Shown here: one piece after another, positions 58,458-64,000 of the stretch | Numbering within the stretch: position 1 is the first letter of the stretch | Layout of the letters: each line of letters opens with the position of its first letter | From: Candidatus Marinacidobacterales bacterium | GTDB taxonomy: Bacteria; Acidobacteriota; Vicinamibacteria; Marinacidobacterales; DATDRI01 | Length of the DNA stretch: 64,000 nucleotides | NCBI GenBank assembly: GCA_965226495.1 | Contig: OZ245365.1 | Location: 4,864,001-4,928,000, forward strand | Direction of reading: 5' to 3' | Position numbers and translations under genes: made by a program | Notes under the pieces: generated by a model | Database searches by the model: none | Told to the model about the DNA's origin: nothing | The model's input: only the letters and a program-made list of their open reading frames with translations

Positions 58458-59402
58458 TTATAACACAAGGTTACGACCGGGGCCACGGAAGAAGGCCCAG
58501 GCATCTTCTTGATCCCGGGCAAGTTGCTGCTTAAGAGCCTCGGGCCCTTCGAAGGCGATCGTCTCCCGAAGTCGCTCGTGGAAAAAGAGCCGGATCGGCG
58601 CATCGTAGACTTCCTCCGAGAAGTCGAAGAGATGCGTCTCGACCGATCGCCTCTCGATACCGAACGTGGGTCGCCGGCCCACGTGAGACATGCCCTGGTG
58701 AACGCTTCCCCCGAGCCGCGCGCTGGTCGCGTACACGCCGTCCGCGACCAGCGGATCACCCGCGAGCGCCAGGTTCGCGGTGGGGAACCCAAGACCTTTG
58801 CCTCGTCCGTCCCCTTTCACCACGTTGCCATCCACGAAATAGGGTCGCCCCAGCATGGCGGCGGCGACGGTCACTGCCCCGCCCGCCAACGCGCGTCGGA
58901 TGCGCGAGCTGCTGATAATCTCGTCGTCGTCTAGCGCCGGCTCAACCCGCCGCACCTCGAAATCGAACCTGCTACCGAAGGAACGAAGAGTATCGAGATC
59001 GCCGGCTCGACTTCGGCCGAAACGGAAGTTCACCCCCAAAACCAGCTCGGAGGCGTGAAGCTTCTCATAGAGAACTTCTCTGACGAAGGCCTCTGGCTCC
59101 TGGTGCGAGAACTCTAGCGTGAACTCGATGATCAAGAGCAGATCGATGCCCGTCTCTCCCAGCAGCTCGCGTTTTTGTTCGGGGGTGAGAATATGCTTGG
59201 GCGCCATATCCGGTCGCAACACGTTGATCGGATGAGGTTCGAACGTTACCGCCACGGTTGGAGCCGACAGCTTCTCGCCTCGCTCGACGAGGAGTTTCAT
59301 GATGCGCTGATGTCCGAGGTGGACTCCATCGAAGTTACCCAGCGTGACCGCGGGTCGCTGATTGGAGGCGAGGTCCACCTCTGGATAGAAGCTGACGTTC
59401 AT
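58458..59402 (-). CDS. ribF: Bifunctional riboflavin kinase/FAD synthetase
   Basis: GNFDGVHLGH, SSSRIR, G-GRG--LGFPTAN and ETHLFDF motifs. Confidence 0.96.
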   Translation of the reverse strand: MNVSFYPEVDLASNQRPAVTLGNFDGVHLGHQRIMKLLVERGEKLSAPTVAVTFEPHPINVLRPDMAPKHILTPEQKRELLGETGIDLLLIIEFTLEFSHQEPEAFVREVLYEKLHASELVLGVNFRFGRSRAGDLDTLRSFGSRFDFEVRRVEPALDDDEIISSSRIRRALAGGAVTVAAAMLGRPYFVDGNVVKGDGRGKGLGFPTANLALAGDPLVADGVYATSARLGGSVHQGMSHVGRRPTFGIERRSVETHLFDFSEEVYDAPIRLFFHERLRETIAFEGPEALKQQLARDQEDAWAFFRGPGRNLVL

Positions 59403-59421
59403 TGAGTCGCCGAAAGACTCA

Positions 59422-60696
59422 CTAGGGGAGGGGATCGACGCTAAGAGGTTGGAGCTCTTGGATGTACGTCAGGTAGGGGTCGCCAGTTTCACTAACCGCA
59501 AAGAGTGTCACGCTGTCCGCCCGTCGGTCGTAAACGAACGGCACACCGTAGGCATCGCGCAAGTCTTCGGCCTCTACCAATCTCTCCCTGACGAGCACTC
59601 CGAGCGAATCCGGGCGCGCTGCGAAGGTGAGGAAAAACGCGCGCAGCGCGAAGTCCAACTTCTGCAGACGGGCGAGGCTGACTCCCCGTTCCAACTCCTG
59701 CCCGCCCATACTGAAGACGGCCGCCCTACCCGGAACCCGAAAAGGGGCCAAACCTGACAGGATCAAACCGGCCAAAGTCATCAGCACGACCACAGCGAGA
59801 AGAAGCGTCCCTTTTCCGGCTGTAACGGGCGCTTCGGCCTCGATCGTCCCCTCTAGGGGAACCCCCCGTTCCATGGGAGCGCGCTGCTCCGCGGGAGCAA
59901 TGAGGTTTCGATCGAGGAAGTCGAACATGATCCGACACACGTCGAAATCACTCATCCCCGTCATGTCGACGATGGCGTCGATGGAGTTTTTCGGATCCAC
60001 GAGAAGGTAGATCTTGGCTTCGATCTCGTTGAGAATGAGATTATCCTTTTGGCTAGCCGGTCCGCCGGACGACGTGTCTCCCCCAAGCGCACCCAAAGTG
60101 GATTCCAGTCCCGGCCTGTCTTCGCCACCCCCTTGACGCACCTTAATCTTGTCCTTCGGTACCAACTGCCGAAACGACATCTCCAAAGATGGAATGCGTT
60201 TCTCGATGATCGGCCATTCGTCGACGCGACGAATACCTTCCATTAAGATGTGATCGGCGGTAACCGGGATCACGTTCTCCCGGTCATAGTCGACCTCCGC
60301 GGATGGATCGAAGTTGTAGGTCCCATCGCGCCAACGGAAAATGCGAAAGACTATCTGTTGCACCTGTTCGGAAAGGGCTTCCTTCAGGTCTTTCGACTCG
60401 ATGAACCCTTGATTGGTCAGGACATAGCCCAGTCGCTGCATGGACACTTTTTGCCTCGCGAGGGCCTGTTCCAGATCTTCTTTCCGGAGCTTGTTTTGGC
60501 GTACCAGGACAGTGCCCAGCAAATCGTCGAGCCTGCGAACGGTGGAGTCGGCGTGCACGACTCTGCCTTCTTCGAACACGACGATGACGGTCTCTCGCTC
60601 GCTCTCCAGCGTGAGCATGCCCGTCTTGCGCTGCATGCCGATGAGCTGGAAAATGTCCGGCAGCGCGAAATCCTTTAGCGTTCCCCTTAGAGCCAC
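59422..60696 (-). CDS. DUF4388 domain protein
   Basis: LRGTLKDFALPDIFQLI---RKTG, W-DG-YNF and LMEG-RRVDEW motifs. Confidence 0.85.
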   Translation of the reverse strand: MALRGTLKDFALPDIFQLIGMQRKTGMLTLESERETVIVVFEEGRVVHADSTVRRLDDLLGTVLVRQNKLRKEDLEQALARQKVSMQRLGYVLTNQGFIESKDLKEALSEQVQQIVFRIFRWRDGTYNFDPSAEVDYDRENVIPVTADHILMEGIRRVDEWPIIEKRIPSLEMSFRQLVPKDKIKVRQGGGEDRPGLESTLGALGGDTSSGGPASQKDNLILNEIEAKIYLLVDPKNSIDAIVDMTGMSDFDVCRIMFDFLDRNLIAPAEQRAPMERGVPLEGTIEAEAPVTAGKGTLLLAVVVLMTLAGLILSGLAPFRVPGRAAVFSMGGQELERGVSLARLQKLDFALRAFFLTFAARPDSLGVLVRERLVEAEDLRDAYGVPFVYDRRADSVTLFAVSETGDPYLTYIQELQPLSVDPLP

Positions 60697-60703
60697 TTGT
60701 CCC

Positions 60704-62698
60704 TCACGCTCCGATCCGGGGTTGAGCCACGGTGTTTGCCACAATGACCAATAGGAGCATCACCGTGCCCACCAAATAAGTAATAAGCGAGCTGCCCAGT
60801 CCTAGTGCCAGGTCCACGTTCGGGTAGAGACCGCCTCCTCGGAGCGGCAAGACCAGCAATGCCACCCCAAAGGTCCAGAACAAAAGAAGCGGAAAGCCGA
60901 GCAACGGCGTGTCTTCGGCGACGTGGCCGGCACCCGGCGCCACCACCGAAAGGATGCGGAAAACGAGTCGGCGGTTCTCGGCGTAACCATTCACTTGACC
61001 CAGCTTTCGGTTACGGGCATCGGTGGATACACCTTCTTTGACGATGAACAGGTGATAGCACTGTGTGCAGAGACCCTGGCGACCGGTGCCTATCTGACAG
61101 CGCGCACAAAAGGGTCCGCCACATTTTCCACACCGTTGCGTGTTCCGGCGATCGCTAAGTGTTAGCTCGAGAAAAAGGGTGAGCACCGCGAACAAAGCTA
61201 TTCCTACCGCGAAAGCGGTCACGCCGGCACTCGAGAGAACCGCACTCTGTACCGACCGCGGAGGACTAGGATGAACACCCTCTTCCAAACCGAAGAACTT
61301 GGCGAGAATATAGTCGGGTGCCAACCGAAAGTCGGCCACCGCCCGAAGTCCTCCCGTCCGTTGCTCAAAGGCGGCCATCGCCGGAGCATCAAGGTTCTCC
61401 GCTTGCGTACGGGCCGCCTCCCGCTCGCTGAACCGGAAGCTCTCGCCGTGAGCGAGGCTCTTGTTGTAGTAGGTTAGTGCAGAGTCGGGGTGGTCGGAGA
61501 GGGCATTGGTGTACTGAAATATCGCCCCCTCCCAATCGCGTTGCGCAAAATAGATATTGCCCAGATTGGTTTGTGCCGCGAGGTCGGTCACATCGTCATT
61601 CAACATTTCTCGATATAACGACGCGGAAAGCTCGTATTCTCCAAGGTCCTTGTACAGGATGGCCATGAGGAGCTTGAGGTCGCGGTCATCGGGAGAACGA
61701 TCGAGCGCAGACTGCAGTTCGAACACGTCGGTCGCCTCGAACGTGCCGGCCTCCGAGGACAAGGCGGCCCGAAACGCCGGGTTGATGAGGGTCCGAGACC
61801 ACTGGCTGTGAAACTCGATCAGCGGGCCCAACAAAAGGAAACAAAGCAGGGATGCCACGCTCAGTGCCTTCTCTCGCCGCGTCTGATGGATGAAGGTCAG
61901 TGCCAACCAGTAGAGAATGAGCCACACGAAACCAAACGTGAAGATGAGCGGCAGAACCAAGACCAGAAGTGTCAAGGCCCGCACCCCGCGCCGTCCCAGT
62001 TTCTTCGTGAATCGCTCCGCGAAGTCATGATCGAGCAAGGCCGCGTAACGGTAGAGCATCATTGACGCGAACAAAAATAGACCCAACAACACCGACACCG
62101 TCGAGACGATCAGAAGATCGGCGCGCGCATAGTAACCGCTCCACAAGGAGCGAAACGAAGCCAGATAACCATTCACCACGTACCCAATGTAGGTCGGGGG
62201 CCAAAAGCCTCCGGACTGTCGTGCAACTTGTGCGAGTCCAAACAGGGGCGTGGACAAGGAGGGGTCTAGATCGTTGGCGGTGTCGAAGTTCGCCTTGGCT
62301 GTGGCGAGATTTCCTTGCTCCAAATAAGTAGCGCCTTGGAGCGCGAGGGCCATGGCGATGTCGTGCAGATGAAAAGCGTTTCGCTCTACGCGGAGGCGTC
62401 GGATTTCCGCCAAGATCCTGAGCCGCAGCTCGTTTTGTCCTGTCTCTTCGGCTTCCTGATACCGCCTCCAAAGTTGATCGAAGCTGCCGCTAAGATCGCC
62501 AAAAAACACTCCTTCATCGGTAACTGCCTCACCGTCCTGAGGGGTTGCGGCGTAGAGCGACGCCGCCGACCCGCCGAGAGTCACCGCTAGCAGCAGGATG
62601 ACAGCGGACACAAGAAGGTGGGTCGACGCGCCTGACAATCTAGCCAACCTGCCCAACCTTGACCTTGACACTTTAATGGGTTTTCGAGAGGGGGGCAC
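60704..62698 (-). CDS. Membrane TPR protein with C-terminal Cys cluster
   Basis: TPR repeats (NLGNIYF, YYNKS), TM helices and CxxC...CxxC...CxxC. Confidence 0.82.
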   Translation of the reverse strand: MPPSRKPIKVSRSRLGRLARLSGASTHLLVSAVILLLAVTLGGSAASLYAATPQDGEAVTDEGVFFGDLSGSFDQLWRRYQEAEETGQNELRLRILAEIRRLRVERNAFHLHDIAMALALQGATYLEQGNLATAKANFDTANDLDPSLSTPLFGLAQVARQSGGFWPPTYIGYVVNGYLASFRSLWSGYYARADLLIVSTVSVLLGLFLFASMMLYRYAALLDHDFAERFTKKLGRRGVRALTLLVLVLPLIFTFGFVWLILYWLALTFIHQTRREKALSVASLLCFLLLGPLIEFHSQWSRTLINPAFRAALSSEAGTFEATDVFELQSALDRSPDDRDLKLLMAILYKDLGEYELSASLYREMLNDDVTDLAAQTNLGNIYFAQRDWEGAIFQYTNALSDHPDSALTYYNKSLAHGESFRFSEREAARTQAENLDAPAMAAFEQRTGGLRAVADFRLAPDYILAKFFGLEEGVHPSPPRSVQSAVLSSAGVTAFAVGIALFAVLTLFLELTLSDRRNTQRCGKCGGPFCARCQIGTGRQGLCTQCYHLFIVKEGVSTDARNRKLGQVNGYAENRRLVFRILSVVAPGAGHVAEDTPLLGFPLLLFWTFGVALLVLPLRGGGLYPNVDLALGLGSSLITYLVGTVMLLLVIVANTVAQPRIGA

Positions 62699-62711
62699 GG
62701 GGCCTAGTGCC

Positions 62712-63278
62712 CTAGACCTTCAGGATATTGGCCTTCGCCATAAATCGCATCCGCAGATCGTACACAATCTGTTCGAGCGCTTCCTCCTCGTTCTCGTCGA
62801 GATTACCTTGTGTCTTTTTCTCCAACATCTCGAGGAAAGAGATCATGTCCTGAGCTGCGCGCAAGTTCTCAATTTTTTCTCCCGAACCGGGATCCGGCAC
62901 TTCACCGAGTTGCACCAAAGCATTCGTGGCCAGCATGCTGACGAGATCCAAGAAACTGAGCTCAGAAGGAACTTCTGCCGTCGCGGTCTGGGCATCTCGG
63001 GCGGGTGGCGCCGGCTGTGCTTCTTGATTAGCTTGAACTAGCGGAGAGGGGGGAGCGGCCGGAGCCTCTTCAAGGGTGGCGCGAGGTGATACCGCCTCGG
63101 GTGTCTGTTGGATTCGAGGACTTTCTTGAGTGGCTTGAGTGGCTTGAGTGGCTTCAGTGGCTTCAGTGGCTTCAGTGGCCTTAGCGGCTTCCTCTTCGTT
63201 CCGCAGCTCGCCCTCGGAGGTAAACTTCCTGCGGTCGGTTACCTTGAAGCCTTTAGTCTCGTCTTCTGATTGACTCAT
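62712..63278 (-). CDS. DUF1844 domain protein
   Basis: FKVTDRRKF, LG-VPDP and L-EKKT-GNL--E motifs. Confidence 0.88.
   Translation of the reverse strand: MSQSEDETKGFKVTDRRKFTSEGELRNEEEAAKATEATEATEATQATQATQESPRIQQTPEAVSPRATLEEAPAAPPSPLVQANQEAQPAPPARDAQTATAEVPSELSFLDLVSMLATNALVQLGEVPDPGSGEKIENLRAAQDMISFLEMLEKKTQGNLDENEEEALEQIVYDLRMRFMAKANILKV
63127..63182. repeat. In-frame 9-bp tandem repeat x6 (ATE/ATQ)
   Basis: Unit tt(g/c)agtggc repeated six times in the linker of the DUF1844 gene. Confidence 0.9.
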
Positions 63279-63396
63279 GATGCGGTCCCGTTTCGTCCGA
63301 CCGCTTGGTTCGCTAGGGCTGCAGATTCAGCGGAGGCCCTGGGCTGGTACTTCGGCGGAGTCAGACACCCCGGTTGAGAGCGGTCAAGTAGCGGCC

Positions 63397-63425
63397 ATGC
63401 TAACACAAAGAAACACCGGGATCAA
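63397..63425 (-). promoter_or_regulatory. Possible sigma-70 promoter for the DUF1844-ribF-cysS gene run
   Basis: TTGATC-17 bp-TAGCAT on the minus strand. Confidence 0.5.
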
Positions 63426-63513
63426 CCAAGCTATGCCTGTATCTTGCGGCGAGATAATGCTTTATAATTGCGCCGCCATAACGGGCGCCAAGGACCGAAT
63501 ATGAGGAGGACTG

Positions 63514-64000
63514 ATGGAGCCTGGTGAACGCTGGGAAAGAATGGTTGCATTGATGGCTCGTTTGCGCGGTCCGCAAGGATGCCCTTGGGACCGGAAGCAA
63601 ACGCTCCATTCGCTCCGTCCGTTCATCCTGGAAGAAGCCTACGAGCTCGTCGATGCCATCGAGCAGGACGAGGGCGCCGAGTCGATTCGGGAAGAGGCGG
63701 GGGACCTGCTCCTCGAGGTTCTTTTCGTATCGCAAATTTGCGCCGAGAAAGACCTCTTCACTTCGAATGACGTGCTCGAGGGGCTGGAAGCCAAGATGGT
63801 GCGCCGACATCCGCACGTATTCGGCGACCAGACCGCCGGGAGCGCGGCCGAGGCGCTCGCAATGTGGGAGGAGACCAAGGACGCCGAGAAGGAGTCGGAT
63901 GCTGCTGGCCCGGGCTCTTTGTTAGGGAAAGTCCCTCGGGCGCTTCCCGCGCTGGTACGGGCAGCGAAGCTCTCGGCCCAAGCCGCTCGCGTCGGCTTCG
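63514..64000 (+). CDS. mazG: Nucleoside triphosphate pyrophosphohydrolase MazG (partial, runs off the window)
   Basis: LRGPQGCPWDRKQT, EEAYEL, EE-GDLL and RRHPHVFG motifs. GAGGAGG RBS. Confidence 0.93.
   Translation, partial: MEPGERWERMVALMARLRGPQGCPWDRKQTLHSLRPFILEEAYELVDAIEQDEGAESIREEAGDLLLEVLFVSQICAEKDLFTSNDVLEGLEAKMVRRHPHVFGDQTAGSAAEALAMWEETKDAEKESDAAGPGSLLGKVPRALPALVRAAKLSAQAARVGF

Noticed and set aside
63127-63182. 9-bp tandem repeat as a phase-variation switch
   Set aside because: The unit is a multiple of three in a low-complexity linker, so length changes keep the frame.

Overview
GC-rich bacterial chromosome window. An Acidobacteriota origin is inferred from gene content (ribF-DUF4388-TPR-DUF1844-mazG neighbourhood, the style of the Ser/Thr kinase fragment). 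Many single-base frameshifts, several in homopolymer runs, suggest an error-prone long-read assembly. 1-32.7 kb is accessory metabolic DNA: two Rieske-fused enzymes, MscS, decayed ba3-oxidase genes, peptidases, a di-heme protein, an MBL/hydrolase cluster beside an ECF sigma/anti-sigma pair, glycoside hydrolases and a flavoprotein disulfide reductase. 32.7-50.8 kb holds two successive insertions at the 3' end of tRNA-Leu(TAA). The older one has no integrase. It carries a toxin-antitoxin pair, AraC and a sulfatase cluster, and its far att copy has a 46-bp palindromic insert in the T-loop. The younger one is a ~9.15-kb element with a large serine recombinase and no recognisable capsid, large terminase or primase. 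It does carry a small HNH protein, a TerS-like HTH protein, a SprT-like protease, an iteron-flanked origin-like site and two long non-coding regions rich in hairpins or palindromes. This satellite-like element is the best candidate for an undescribed system. 50.8-64 kb is core genome: tRNA Leu/Cys/Gly, galT, yraN, cysS, an Rsb-like partner-switching trio, ribF and mazG. All family calls come from motif recognition by eye; no database searches were run.
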